Source: a virus
Lineage: Duplodnaviria; Caudoviricetes
Virus record (IMG/VR): IMGVR_UViG_3300044611_000205
Span: 1-53,022 of that record
Length of the DNA stretch: 53,022 nt
Strand: one strand, 5' to 3'
Shown here in pieces: positions 10,701 through 21,328 of the stretch. The notes under the pieces were generated by a model. That model worked only from the letters and a program-made list of their open reading frames with translations, was not told the origin of the DNA and ran no database searches. How positions within the stretch are numbered: the first letter of the stretch is position 1; every line of letters starts with the position of its first letter. A program made the translations under genes and the position numbers.

Positions 10701-12090
10701 AACTTCCTTGATTATTTACAAAAATATTTTGTTCGCTAAATGCAAAGTCATAGTTCATCATTGTCATAGATCCGTTTGAAGCAACTACTCCTCCTACTGG
10801 AATACCTGTAACATCATTTGGAATTGACTTTGTAAAACTAAAACCTAAAACATAATCAGAAATATTAGCCCTAAGCCTTGGACTTAACTCAATTAAATCA
10901 AAAGTATTATCTGGGCCATATAAAGTCTCTATTTTTAGCCTTAATCCTTTTATAAAAGAGATATCCCTATATACAGTATTTCCTCCAGATATAAAATAAT
11001 CAGGATCGGTTAATTTATCAATTACCCCAATTTTTTGAGTATCATTATCTTCCAACAATTGGAACCTATAGTTTGCTTGAAAAATTTTCCATTCTTCATC
11101 TTGTGCATCCCATATGTGTATATTTCCAGCATTTTGAGTATCAGCGTCTAACAAATATGCTTCTCCAGTTATCACACCAGATATTGGTCTTTGGCTTATA
11201 TCAGAAAGTTTATCTACATAGTAAAAGTTTCCTTTATATTTTTCTGGTACTTCTATTCCATAAAATAATTCTACATACCCATCCCATTTTACAATGTCAG
11301 ATCCATCTCTTCTTAATGAGTCTTCATTAAAAGATATTGCATCTACCCAATTATTAAAATCATCTAAATATTGTATTGACCATCTTTTAGGAATACTTGA
11401 TTTATTTCTACTTCCCAAAGGGTCTAATTGAATATTATTATCTTTATCTTTTATAATAGATCCTTCTGTTTCTGCTAAGTTTGTTTGCATTTTTAAAACA
11501 ATTCTATTAGTTGGAACAGGGTTATTGTAAATTACAAATGGACATGAGTCTGAAATTTTATACCCTATGTTAGTTTGATCTAATTGTAAAGAAACACCTC
11601 TTTCAATACCGTTTTCGGTTCTAAAAGAATTCCAGTATTTAAATGTATCATACCTAGAAGCCATATAATATCTTGGTCTTCTTGCAGACTTAATATTATC
11701 TACAAATTTTCCATTGTTAAAATATAATGGTTTGTTTATACCAGACCTTGGTCTAAAAGGAAAAAAACATTGCTTTAAATCAAAATATAATTGTCTATCA
11801 ACTTCTGGGGTTGAAAAAATTAATGATGCATCATTTTCATCTATTAGTTTTTCAGACTCAATGCTAGATATTAAAGCATCTGTATAATAGTCTCCATTAT
11901 CAAGTTCATCATAAGAATTAGGAAGAGTTGTATAAATACTTCCCTGAGGATCATTTGGTCTATATCTATAATTACCAAATGTTTTTATATTGTCAAAATC
12001 ATTTAAATTCCATTCTGCAATAACAAATGGTTCTACTTCTATTGTATTTTTTGTTTTTAAATGTTCTTGTAAGTCATTATCTATAAACAT
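7774..12090 (-). CDS. Large tail-tip/hub protein (1438 aa)
   Basis: Two genes after the TMP; MFFDEYNNFVV and LQLGDIVKI hub-like motifs. Confidence 0.7.
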   Translation of the reverse strand: MFIDNDLQEHLKTKNTIEVEPFVIAEWNLNDFDNIKTFGNYRYRPNDPQGSIYTTLPNSYDELDNGDYYTDALISSIESEKLIDENDASLIFSTPEVDRQLYFDLKQCFFPFRPRSGINKPLYFNNGKFVDNIKSARRPRYYMASRYDTFKYWNSFRTENGIERGVSLQLDQTNIGYKISDSCPFVIYNNPVPTNRIVLKMQTNLAETEGSIIKDKDNNIQLDPLGSRNKSSIPKRWSIQYLDDFNNWVDAISFNEDSLRRDGSDIVKWDGYVELFYGIEVPEKYKGNFYYVDKLSDISQRPISGVITGEAYLLDADTQNAGNIHIWDAQDEEWKIFQANYRFQLLEDNDTQKIGVIDKLTDPDYFISGGNTVYRDISFIKGLRLKIETLYGPDNTFDLIELSPRLRANISDYVLGFSFTKSIPNDVTGIPVGGVVASNGSMTMMNYDFAFSEQNIFVNNQGSLIAKLLNPNTRVDFYEIVKNVNGFDKFVPLKSMYVEEFPNMGSGLLNVDVTLRDNFFRFENESCPAMFFQNVSLTFAIAVLLDNIGFSNYIFKNIEGKNDPVIPYLFVEPEANVAEVLNRIAIATQTSMFFDEYNNFVVMSKEYLLPDTVDRNEDLTLYGQQEGGNLPNIIEVKSAETRVLNDGIINYVSRYVQRAPASLQQAIYVDEDKSYGYQPVVLWEVPGQVNYKTINEKAKTNNFTLGAVALNSDLNNLDPFVQNGQVVNNIIDVGENIYWLPRTQGFLYANGEVIKYDAVEYSVANVGNVWITDEIAYQKYFSDLPFNGKMYPTGLIKIYSEPFYEELTSASNSYITVLKEGAVKKSGRAQFGTSITSHYAGIDSFWTQKQNVDGYTMASSYLFTTTPTSKIVRPPKGTSSTKAWISGKAQSQDSSRNSIIANFLRENIPSDDIVKDLRTTSKGTVQSSALTFTGPKGATKGLISHVKKTMDSDYRHFGTRMRIIGKKESSERLQTPTNATEYYITTSTTGEQTTAISGGSGGIAIMLDPEGINGYYFEICSLTADNLESYNLVDSGTGEEFSVLHNVLFYKVERHIENDAEAAVPVKLYGGLAKILVDEGKFVGQDRLVNEDNPTVYDLAIEYKDIGTVRRFYLYLNGTQIATVDDTSPLEEKYNTMGLFIRGGSKCMFENVYALKNQYSQDSSETVIEQISPTFGKKQINSSDALKKYAISGFVQATYLSEIGAQNAPKYKMYYEEFGTIMRECAYFNVKYDKAYPAFRAILKPTFGNEKTYTTSGFYSDSYGAEFLVFNATDKLIVLDETSGNYLQIIGITFTQTTSNSLSVDKYFQERSNFSESNLVSDLINSPLRREKVLQSVKNSRFKYGRREFVLESLYIQSEDQANNLMEWLIPRTLRPRKIVLLQVFGLSHLQLGDIVKIDYTLPSDDKFVDVDSKFVVSQIDYGFDDSGPSSIIKVVEV

Positions 12091-12681
12091 TTATACCTCC
12101 TCGAGTGAGAGGTCAATATTCCATAAGTCATGATTAGTTCCACCACGTTTTACAACATTAAAAGAAAATGAAGAAAAATAAACTTCTAATACATCGTTAT
12201 ATTGTTTTAAATGATCATACTCGTCATTTTGATCTGCAAACTTGTCATGTCTATCATAAGACATAAACATATAAAAAGAGCCAGGATGAGTTTCGTACCA
12301 TTTAACAAGATCAACACCGCCAGCACCTCCATCGGCAGTATATTCTGTTAGACCGTAGGCTGGCTTTCCGTTGGCATCAAAATTAGGTTTTCCGTCAAAA
12401 GATCTAGAGGGTATCATTTCCCATCCAAATGAAATATTCAACTTATCTGCTATGTGATAAGAACGCATAGTAGCGTTTATCATTCTTTGTCTATTTTCAA
12501 TTCTATTAGAAGAAAGGGATAACTCACCCCTGTTGTGATCTGACAGTATTATAAAATCTAGGCCCTCTATTCCTTCTGGAACCAAAAGTCCTTCGCTTAA
12601 AATACCTGAATTATTAGACCAAGCAATCGCCTGAGGCCTATTATAATTCCACCTATTCTGTATGTATGTTCTACTAGACAC
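12091..12681 (-). CDS. Distal tail (Dit-like) minor tail protein
   Basis: Immediately after the TMP; ends WNIDLSLEEV. Confidence 0.65.
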   Translation of the reverse strand: MSSRTYIQNRWNYNRPQAIAWSNNSGILSEGLLVPEGIEGLDFIILSDHNRGELSLSSNRIENRQRMINATMRSYHIADKLNISFGWEMIPSRSFDGKPNFDANGKPAYGLTEYTADGGAGGVDLVKWYETHPGSFYMFMSYDRHDKFADQNDEYDHLKQYNDVLEVYFSSFSFNVVKRGGTNHDLWNIDLSLEEV

Positions 12682-15600
12682 TATCTTCTAATACCCCTTA
12701 TTTGCCGTTGTTGGCCCATCCTAATACGGTTCATTACAGCATCAGCGATTTCATTTGGAGATGCATCTGTTCCTGCTACGTTTACATTAACACTATAATT
12801 ATTATACACTGGCGAAACCATTGTTGAAGTTGAATTATCAGAAATAACTGGTGCTAATCCTCCACCTTCAATGCTAGACATTTCTGGAAATACATTACTG
12901 TTTAAAGATTTTAAAAATGGAAGATTTGCTTGTGCAACTGATTTTCTGACTACAAACTCTCCAGGAGTTAATAATGCTGGAACCTTATCTGTTATTCCAG
13001 TACCTGGAACTTGCATTCCAAGATTTGCCCTAATTGCTGGAGGAGACTCTTTAGAACCCCTATAGTTAATCATTCCTCCATACGCTGCTCTAATAAATCC
13101 TCCAAAAGATTTTTTTTCTGTTTTTTTATTAGTACTGGTGCTACTTGCTTTTACGTATTCGTCTTTTAATACAGTTCCACCTTCGCCACGTTTAGCCTTC
13201 CAGTATTGATTCCATCTTAATATTGAAGCATTGATTCCATCCATCTCTGTTTTCCATTTATTATATTCGGCATCTTCTAAGTCTCTTGCCAACTGTAGTC
13301 TTTCTCCTTCTCTAGCAAAAACAGCATCTCTTATCGGCTCTAACTCTTGCTCTCTATTAAATATAATATCTTGTAAATTTTGAATTGATAGATTTCTTTG
13401 ATAAACTCTTTCATTAATGTCGTCTATTTGTTGTTCAATTTCTGCTCTAGTAAATAATTGACCATTAACTTCTGCTGTCAATGATGATAACTCTTTTTCT
13501 CTTTGGTTTTCTAAAGCAGCCTTAGTGTCTTCTACTTGACTAGATGCAAAGTTTGAAGACATTGTTTCTGCTGCAGATGCTGCTGCTCCAAAATCACCAC
13601 TAGTTAATGCACTAGCAAGAGCAATTCTATCCTGTCTTTGTCGTGATAGCCTATCATTTATTTGAGCAACTCTGTCAAGAGCCTTTGTTCGTAAATCATA
13701 TGCTGAATTTACATCTTTTTCTTTTTCAGCAAGAGTCTCTAGTGATTTATTTCTTATTGCAACTTGTCTACTATCTAATTCATTTTGTCTTTGAAGTTTA
13801 TCTATTCTTTGATTTTCTACTCTATTTAATCTTTCAACATCTTCAATTTGACGATTTAATGTAGATATTTCTTTATCTTTTACTTTTACTGCATTTTGTT
13901 GTAATCTAATTCTTTGTTCTTCATCGCTCAAAAGCATTACCGAAAGCATTTTTTGAACATCTTGTTGTTCTTTCATCATATTAATTGCTTTCTTTCTTTC
14001 AAAGGTAGACATTTCTAGAAGACTTGCTTGATCTACTAATGCAATATTTTCTCCAGATACCCCCTGTTTTGTAAGTTGTACTATTGCTTTTTGATATTTT
14101 ATTGTTTCTTCAAAACTTTTTTTAGTTTTTTGAAAAGCAGATTCTTGACCCTTATCGCCTTCTCCAGCACCAGCAACTCTAGCAGAGGACGCTGTTGATG
14201 CTAGGTCTTTTTCTAATTTTTCTTTTTCGCTAGCAAGTTGTGCCAGTTTTCTTAACTCTTCATCTGTTGCAACACCCCTGTCTTTAAGTGCTTGAAGTGC
14301 AGAAATCTCTATACCCTTAGCATCTATTTGTGAATCTATTTCAATTAATTTAGATTGGGTTGCTGCATCAAAATCATCAAATCCTTTAATATCTTTTTTA
14401 AGTTGGTTTAGATTTTCTTGTACTGCTGGATCACTTACATCTTTTCCATTATACAAAGCAGTTAACTCTAATTGTGCTTTTCTTTTTTCTTCTTTTGTTC
14501 CACTTGATAAATCTGCCATTGCTTTATTAAGTCTTATAGCATCTTTTTCTATTTCCTCAGCAGTTTTAGGATTTCCATTTGCATCTACTGCAATTAAAGA
14601 AAATACAAACTCTTTATCTAATTGTGGATTTAAAGAATCTAACATATTCCAATTTCTATTTAAATCCTCTGCTAGTGGACCAAATTTATTTACTACATCA
14701 GGATTTGTTATATCTATTTTTAAAGATTTTGTTATTTCTGGGCTAAGTCCCTCTAACATTTTATAATTTTCTGCTACTTTTTCTACAGTTCCTAGGTTAC
14801 CACTAACTGAGGCTCTTTGTGCCATTTCTTGCATTAATTCTGGATTTGATGATAATGGGCTGAACGCTGAAGTTGTTGCCTCAAGTCCATTTTTTTCTAC
14901 AAGGTTTGCAAAATCTGTGTTTGTTTTTGACATTTCTTGAACAAATGTTAGTGCTGCCAAACTCATTTTTCCAGACAGAATATCTCCAAAAAATATTGCT
15001 TGATCTGCTAAATTACCACCAAACTCATCTGTAACAAACTTTAATATTTCTTGTTGCTCTGCCTCATCAATCCCTACGTTCGTCATTTCTTCATTAAATT
15101 GTCTAGTTACTTTGTTTGCCAAATCTTCTGCTGCTTTTACGTTAACATCTTTACCAGCCAGATTAAGTGCCATGGGTCCAGCACCAGTTAGTCTAGCAAC
15201 TGGGTCACGGAAAAGTCCAAGATTACCAGTTCCAAATGCACCTGCCGCTGCATTAAATGATAAATTTTTTGCGTTTAATGCATCAAGTTGTTTTTCAATA
15301 CCTAGTGACCCACCAGCAGTATTTAACTGCTCAGTTTGATTGGCAAATTCTTCATAACTTATAGCACCCTTAACATACTCTTCCCTTAAAGATGCTCTTA
15401 CTTCTTTTTCTTTTAATGCATTTTCAATAATATTGTTTTGCAAAGTTTCAATTTTCATTTGTGCTGCCAACACATCATTTGGAACAAGCACTTTTACTAT
15501 TTGTTGCATTGCTAATCCAAAATCATATTGCTTACTAAATACATTCCAAAATGGTGCATCGTCTATTCTTTTCAATTCTTTATTAACTTGCTCTGTTATT

Positions 15601-18600
15601 TCTTCTGGATTTGTAGGTGCTGCAATTTGAGAAAGAATTTCTATTCTATTGCCCTTAATTAATTCTCCTTCGGGACCTATCAATTGTGTAATTTGTGCAA
15701 CTGCATTTATTCCAACAGTTTCATTTTTTAATGCAATGCCTATGTCTGTAGCAACTTGTCTTGCTTCAGAGGGTGTTAACACTCCAGACATAACTGCTTG
15801 AGTTAATTGATTTCTTAATGCGGATGCTTGATCTCCTCCCATTTTTTTAACAGTTTGCAAATCTTGAAGCATTGACTGACCTTGTTCTGATTGCATTAAC
15901 TGAGAAGACATTGCTTTTTCTTCTTCTGTTGCTCTTTGGCCAGATATCAATTCTGAAGTTCTTTGTGCTTCTCTTTGGCCAGGAGTAGTTCTTCCCATTG
16001 CCTTTGCTATATTTTCTAATGACTCAGAAGTTCCATATAAAGCATTGTTATATTTAGAAACTGCCTGTTTCATATTGTTATGAAGTTTTGTAAATCCTAC
16101 AACTGCTGCTGTTGCAGCAACAACTGCTAATACATATGGATTTGACATTTTAAAGAATTGCATATATTTTCGCATTTGTACAAATTGTTTTTGTATTGCT
16201 TGCCCACCTTTTCCAACTATACCCAAACCTTTTGCTCCAGCCTGAGCGTTTTTTGATAATGTAATAAATGATTTTGTTACTAAACTTCGTGCTGCTTCAA
16301 AGGCAATAAAACTTGCAACCATTGATCCTGTCATACCAAATTGTTCTTGAGAACCTTCTCCCATAAATGGAAGACTTGCTGCAACACCAGCAGCCATTCC
16401 AGCGGCACCAGCACCTCTTGGTCTTACTGCTTTTGTTGTATTTCCAGTTTGAATTCCTAATGCTCTAACGGCTTGTGGGGTTGTTGCTCCAGGGTTTTCT
16501 CTTTTATATTTTTCAATCTCTTTTACTTGAGCGACTAGATCTCCATTATTTAAATATTGAATTCCACCTTTAACTTTGCCACCAACGTTTAATTTTTGAG
16601 CATTTATAGCGTGCAGCAATCCTAAGTTTTTTTGTGTTGCGTCTTTATTAACTACAAATTCTCCTGGGGTAAGCATGGCTGGAACTGTATCTGTGTTTCC
16701 TAAGCCTGGAACTATATTTCCTCTATTAAATTTTTGTATAGCACTTTTTTCACTAAATATTTCTAAGATATCATCAGGATTTAATTCTTCCCAAACTTTA
16801 TAATCTCTTACAGGGTAGCCACCATCATTTTTAATTACTTCTTTTTTTATTTTTCCATTTTCTTTTTTTAATTTCATAAATGATGCTATTCTTTGATCAC
16901 CTATTTTAACCATATAGCGTTTTTCTTCTGAAGATATCAAATCTAATAAATCTTTTGGTTTTCCTTTTCCTAATGCTTTTGAACCAGTTCTTGTTCCTAA
17001 ACTTATTCCAAATAAAGATAATGCATTTGCTGAATCTGTTCCAAATATTTCTTCTACAGCATTTTTTGTACTTTTTATTTTTCCTGAAGGACCTCCACCG
17101 TTTAAATATTTAACACCTGGAATCATTCCTCCTTTATTAAATCCTTCTCCAATTCCTCTTATGTATGCCTCTTTAAAACCTTTTGATTTTTCTACTTGTA
17201 AAGTGTTAAGAAGACTTCTTTTTTCTAAAGCGTTGTTAGGGTCAACATCATATTGTCCTATAGTTTTTTTAGTTATTGGATCATATATTTCAACATTAAG
17301 TGGTCGTGTTCCACTAGTTCTTCTACCAGCAGTCATTCCTGACTTAAGAGTTTGTATTGGAAATTTATCAAAATCATATTTCCTTCTTGTAGTAATACCA
17401 GCCATTGCTGCTTCCCACAATCCTGTTGCAACTCGACCACCACCGTTTAAATACTGAACACCTGGAACCTGTCCGCCTTTATTAAAGGCAGTTCTTACAA
17501 CGGTTGCTATATTTCCAGAACCTCTAAATACTAGTTTTGAAATTAAATTTTTAGCACGCTCAGATAACTTAACAAATGCTTTATCATTTGGATCAAAACT
17601 ATTTGCTGATGTATATTGTTTTTGATCAAAAACTTCTTCTCCTGTTGATTTAGATATTTTTGTAATACTTTTTATAAAACTTGCATATGGTTCTTCTTTT
17701 ATATCTATGTTTTGTGCTTTATAAGTTTCTTTAATTAATTCTAACTTGCTCATTTTTGCAAATTGATTAACATTTCCTGTTTTACCTTTAAGTTCATATA
17801 AGTCATTTGCTATTTCTTGCATTGGAGCAATTCTAACATTTGTATTTTGAGACAAAGCCTCATTAAATAATTGTAATTGTCTTTTAGATCTAGTTTTAGA
17901 TCCAAATTCTGAAAATGCTACATCTGAAATATCTCCTAATTTTATCGTGCCAACGCCATCAACTGGAAGTCCATGGTCAGTTATTCTTGCGTTTTGAGGT
18001 AGTTTTGAAAGTATATCTTGATATGATGCCCTAACCTTATTTTTTGATTGTAAAAAGTCTGCCATAAAAGTTTGTCTTGCCTTACCTGTTATTCTAAGTT
18101 CATCCGCATATCTTTCTGCTTGAAAGTTCATTGTTTGAAATATATCTTCTGCTATTTCGGCTTGCATTTCAGCAACCGTTGCACCACCTTTAGAAAGTTT
18201 TTTATTTAGTTTATCTGAAAAATCTAATACCCTATTATTTAAAAATTGAACTTTTGTACCTTTTGGAATAGTTCTTCCATCTGCAACTAACAAATCTTTT
18301 TCTAATGTATGAATGACTGAGTTTATATGAGATTTTTCTGTTGCTTTTACTACACTTGATGGATCTACTGCAAATCTTGTCATAGCACTATTTAAAGAAG
18401 TAGTATTAATATTAAATTGTTTTCCTTCTACTCTATTTCTTGTTAATCTTTTTACTTCATTTGCAAAGGCCTCTAAATCATTTGGTTTATCTTGTAAAAA
18501 CTCTATTGCAGATGCAGCCTTTTCTCTTGCTTTTTCACTTGAAAAAATGTATCCTCTAAAATGTTGACTTACAAGTGTATTAATTTGTTCAGGATTTTGA

Positions 18601-20945
18601 ATATTACTTGAAATTCTAGATGGTCTTATAAAATCTGGACCTCTTGTATTATTTGATTGGCTTGGTGGTATAAAATCTTGATTTTGAACAACTCTTTGTG
18701 TATTTTCTTTTGCAAAATATTGCATACCAGGAACTTTTCCACCTTTATTAAAACCAGAAACCTGTTTATTATTAATCGCAGTTAATAAATCATAATTTTG
18801 TTTAGTAGATTCTTTATTTACAACAAATTCTCCAGGGGTAAGCATTGCTGGAACAGTATCTGTATTTCCCACTCCAGGAACAATGTTTCCTTTATTAAAA
18901 AATCCAACTCCTTTTATTCTTGTCTTTGGTCTTGCTTTTGCTATCTCTGAAGCATTTTTTCCTGCACTAAAAGCAAGTGGTTGAGTTGATCCTGCTTGAA
19001 GTTGTTGTGCAATAAGCATTTGATAACTAGTTGTAAGTTGTTTTATTGCTATATTTGCGGATGTTGCTGCACCTACTTGTTGTAATAAAGCAGCATTGGC
19101 AATTCCAGTAGCAGATCCTAATTGTCTTGCTGAATTTGCTGCATCTATTTCTGCAAGACTTAAATACTTGGTTGATTGACTTAAAGTTTTTAGTGCTGCT
19201 ATAGGACCCTTTTTTAGTAAGGTTGCTCCAAAAATTGCTGCCCCTTGACTCATTTTTGCAAGAGTTCCAATTAAGTTCATAAACAAACCAAACATCATAG
19301 TTGCTGCTGGCACTACAAGTCCAGTAATAACCGTGGCTATTGCTGCAATATTTTTTACACCTTCAGGCAATGAGTTAAACCAGTTTGCTAATTTTGTTAT
19401 AAATTGAACTATTGGAATTGCCATTTTAACAAACAAAGATCCTATAGGGGCTATTGCTAATTTAAATTTTTCTATAGCGGCTATTAGTTGTACCCCAAAA
19501 GATTGAGAAATTGTATTTAATTCTTTTTCTGCAGTTAGTCTTAATTCTTCTGTAGAATATTCCATTGTTTCTAAAACTTGACTTGCTTGTGACCCATCTC
19601 TAACTATGTTTTCAAACAAAGCACCTAAACGAGCATATTGAAACTTTCCAAATACTTTTTCTAATGATTGTTGTTTTGAAAACTCATCTAATTTTTCAAG
19701 TGCAGTTGCAAATGTTGTAACTGTGCCCATTAAGTCTCCACGATTAACATCAACTATCTCTTGTAAATTAATTCCAAATCCAGAAAGTGTTTCTTTTGCT
19801 GCTTTAGTAGGATTGATTAACGATGCAAGACCAGACTTAAGTGCGTTTGCACCTTGTTCTGCAGTTACCCCACCTTCTTGCATTGCTGCTAAAAATACAG
19901 TTAAATCTCTAACATCTCCACCCAAGCCTTTAATTACTGGTGCCACACGAGGAATTGCTGCTGCAATATCTTGTAGGCTTACTACAGTTTGGTTTTCTAC
20001 CATGTTTAGATAGTTAATGGTATCTGCAAGTTCTTCACCACCAATCTGGAATGCACTTTGTAGGGCTATAGTGGCATCTAATGCAGCGTTTTGATCCATC
20101 TGACCTAGTGTTGCTAGCCTAGTTGCTGCAGTAACTGCATCTGTTAATTCTGCACCTTGACGACCAGCCGCTGCAGCCTGTGCTGCCAAACTAATAGTAT
20201 CTTTAACCGCTATACCATATTTTGTATATTCAGCAGCAAGACCTTTTACTGCTTCTAAATTCTCATTCAATTCTGCTGGAGTTGTAAATAAATCTCCATA
20301 CACTTTTTTGAATGAAACAACTTGCTTTTCTAAATCCATGAATATTTTTCCTGCAGTTGTTCCAAAAATAGTTAATGGCACTGTAAAACCAACCATAAGT
20401 TGTCTACCAGCCCATTGTACGTTTTTACCAAAATTAATAAGTTGAGTTGTTCCTTGCTTAAACATTGAGTTTAGTATTTGCATTCTTTGTCCTGCTATTG
20501 AAGACTCTGAAATAAATGCGGTTAGTGGCCTAATTGCCAAAGCATCTTGCATTCCTTTTGATGCTTTTCCAGTTGCAATAAACTGAGTTTGCATTGTTCT
20601 TGCACGTTCTGCAGCCAATGCAAAAGTTTCTGCAGCCATTGCACTACGTTTGTTAAAGGCTGCACTAAAAAATTGACCTAATGTTCCTTGACCTTTTCTT
20701 AATGTAGAATCAAGTGCAGCAGCAGCAGTCTGCATTTTAACTGTTTCTGCTCTAAAAAATTTACTACTATTTACGGCATTAGATAATTCGTTAGCAAAAA
20801 ATTTTGCTGCTTGGCCTTGTGTAACTTGATTTTTATTAAGGGTTAGATTAAAAGAGTTAATTTGTTGCTGTAAACTTCTTAGTTGAGAAGCAAATTGTCC
20901 AGAATTGAGTTCTACGTCAATTACCGTTTTAATAACTTCAGCCAC
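12681..20945 (-). CDS. Tape measure protein (2754 aa)
   Basis: Very long Ala/Gln-rich helical protein, TP901-type core (GANALKSGLASLINP), hydrophobic segments, follows chaperones and tail tube. Confidence 0.93.
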   Translation of the reverse strand: MAEVIKTVIDVELNSGQFASQLRSLQQQINSFNLTLNKNQVTQGQAAKFFANELSNAVNSSKFFRAETVKMQTAAAALDSTLRKGQGTLGQFFSAAFNKRSAMAAETFALAAERARTMQTQFIATGKASKGMQDALAIRPLTAFISESSIAGQRMQILNSMFKQGTTQLINFGKNVQWAGRQLMVGFTVPLTIFGTTAGKIFMDLEKQVVSFKKVYGDLFTTPAELNENLEAVKGLAAEYTKYGIAVKDTISLAAQAAAAGRQGAELTDAVTAATRLATLGQMDQNAALDATIALQSAFQIGGEELADTINYLNMVENQTVVSLQDIAAAIPRVAPVIKGLGGDVRDLTVFLAAMQEGGVTAEQGANALKSGLASLINPTKAAKETLSGFGINLQEIVDVNRGDLMGTVTTFATALEKLDEFSKQQSLEKVFGKFQYARLGALFENIVRDGSQASQVLETMEYSTEELRLTAEKELNTISQSFGVQLIAAIEKFKLAIAPIGSLFVKMAIPIVQFITKLANWFNSLPEGVKNIAAIATVITGLVVPAATMMFGLFMNLIGTLAKMSQGAAIFGATLLKKGPIAALKTLSQSTKYLSLAEIDAANSARQLGSATGIANAALLQQVGAATSANIAIKQLTTSYQMLIAQQLQAGSTQPLAFSAGKNASEIAKARPKTRIKGVGFFNKGNIVPGVGNTDTVPAMLTPGEFVVNKESTKQNYDLLTAINNKQVSGFNKGGKVPGMQYFAKENTQRVVQNQDFIPPSQSNNTRGPDFIRPSRISSNIQNPEQINTLVSQHFRGYIFSSEKAREKAASAIEFLQDKPNDLEAFANEVKRLTRNRVEGKQFNINTTSLNSAMTRFAVDPSSVVKATEKSHINSVIHTLEKDLLVADGRTIPKGTKVQFLNNRVLDFSDKLNKKLSKGGATVAEMQAEIAEDIFQTMNFQAERYADELRITGKARQTFMADFLQSKNKVRASYQDILSKLPQNARITDHGLPVDGVGTIKLGDISDVAFSEFGSKTRSKRQLQLFNEALSQNTNVRIAPMQEIANDLYELKGKTGNVNQFAKMSKLELIKETYKAQNIDIKEEPYASFIKSITKISKSTGEEVFDQKQYTSANSFDPNDKAFVKLSERAKNLISKLVFRGSGNIATVVRTAFNKGGQVPGVQYLNGGGRVATGLWEAAMAGITTRRKYDFDKFPIQTLKSGMTAGRRTSGTRPLNVEIYDPITKKTIGQYDVDPNNALEKRSLLNTLQVEKSKGFKEAYIRGIGEGFNKGGMIPGVKYLNGGGPSGKIKSTKNAVEEIFGTDSANALSLFGISLGTRTGSKALGKGKPKDLLDLISSEEKRYMVKIGDQRIASFMKLKKENGKIKKEVIKNDGGYPVRDYKVWEELNPDDILEIFSEKSAIQKFNRGNIVPGLGNTDTVPAMLTPGEFVVNKDATQKNLGLLHAINAQKLNVGGKVKGGIQYLNNGDLVAQVKEIEKYKRENPGATTPQAVRALGIQTGNTTKAVRPRGAGAAGMAAGVAASLPFMGEGSQEQFGMTGSMVASFIAFEAARSLVTKSFITLSKNAQAGAKGLGIVGKGGQAIQKQFVQMRKYMQFFKMSNPYVLAVVAATAAVVGFTKLHNNMKQAVSKYNNALYGTSESLENIAKAMGRTTPGQREAQRTSELISGQRATEEEKAMSSQLMQSEQGQSMLQDLQTVKKMGGDQASALRNQLTQAVMSGVLTPSEARQVATDIGIALKNETVGINAVAQITQLIGPEGELIKGNRIEILSQIAAPTNPEEITEQVNKELKRIDDAPFWNVFSKQYDFGLAMQQIVKVLVPNDVLAAQMKIETLQNNIIENALKEKEVRASLREEYVKGAISYEEFANQTEQLNTAGGSLGIEKQLDALNAKNLSFNAAAGAFGTGNLGLFRDPVARLTGAGPMALNLAGKDVNVKAAEDLANKVTRQFNEEMTNVGIDEAEQQEILKFVTDEFGGNLADQAIFFGDILSGKMSLAALTFVQEMSKTNTDFANLVEKNGLEATTSAFSPLSSNPELMQEMAQRASVSGNLGTVEKVAENYKMLEGLSPEITKSLKIDITNPDVVNKFGPLAEDLNRNWNMLDSLNPQLDKEFVFSLIAVDANGNPKTAEEIEKDAIRLNKAMADLSSGTKEEKRKAQLELTALYNGKDVSDPAVQENLNQLKKDIKGFDDFDAATQSKLIEIDSQIDAKGIEISALQALKDRGVATDEELRKLAQLASEKEKLEKDLASTASSARVAGAGEGDKGQESAFQKTKKSFEETIKYQKAIVQLTKQGVSGENIALVDQASLLEMSTFERKKAINMMKEQQDVQKMLSVMLLSDEEQRIRLQQNAVKVKDKEISTLNRQIEDVERLNRVENQRIDKLQRQNELDSRQVAIRNKSLETLAEKEKDVNSAYDLRTKALDRVAQINDRLSRQRQDRIALASALTSGDFGAAASAAETMSSNFASSQVEDTKAALENQREKELSSLTAEVNGQLFTRAEIEQQIDDINERVYQRNLSIQNLQDIIFNREQELEPIRDAVFAREGERLQLARDLEDAEYNKWKTEMDGINASILRWNQYWKAKRGEGGTVLKDEYVKASSTSTNKKTEKKSFGGFIRAAYGGMINYRGSKESPPAIRANLGMQVPGTGITDKVPALLTPGEFVVRKSVAQANLPFLKSLNSNVFPEMSSIEGGGLAPVISDNSTSTMVSPVYNNYSVNVNVAGTDASPNEIADAVMNRIRMGQQRQIRGIRR

Positions 20946-21328
20946 TATTCAATCACCTCGTAATCTAACCCTTCACCTATACCAAATCCTGCTTTTTTTG
21001 CGGCATGACCTGATAGTGAAACTATGTCGTTAGGATTAGTTATTTTCCCACCATTAAAGGCTTTAGCCTTTATTCTTTCCCATGCATCTTGACCTTCAGA
21101 TGAAGATGTGTTATCTTTATCCAAATCTACACCTTGCATTGCTGCGAGAAATTTTTTATTATCATAATCTCTCTTTGAGTCAGCCTGCAATATTGCAATC
21201 AGTTCTTGCATTGATAGGCTATCCTCCAGTTCCTCGTAATTCTTCCAAAAACCAAGAAGAAAAACTCGGGATTCTAGGTCGGCGAGATCTAGTTCGCTCC
21301 AACTAGAGCCGCCGCTAGTGCGTTTGGG
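20945..21328 (-). CDS. Tail assembly chaperone, -1 frameshifted C-terminal part (gpGT-like)
   Basis: The -1 frame is open from just before the slippery site: SWSELDLADLESRVFLLGFWKNYEELEDSLSMQEL... Confidence 0.8.
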   Translation of the reverse strand, partial: PKRTSGGSSWSELDLADLESRVFLLGFWKNYEELEDSLSMQELIAILQADSKRDYDNKKFLAAMQGVDLDKDNTSSSEGQDAWERIKAKAFNGGKITNPNDIVSLSGHAAKKAGFGIGEGLDYEVIE

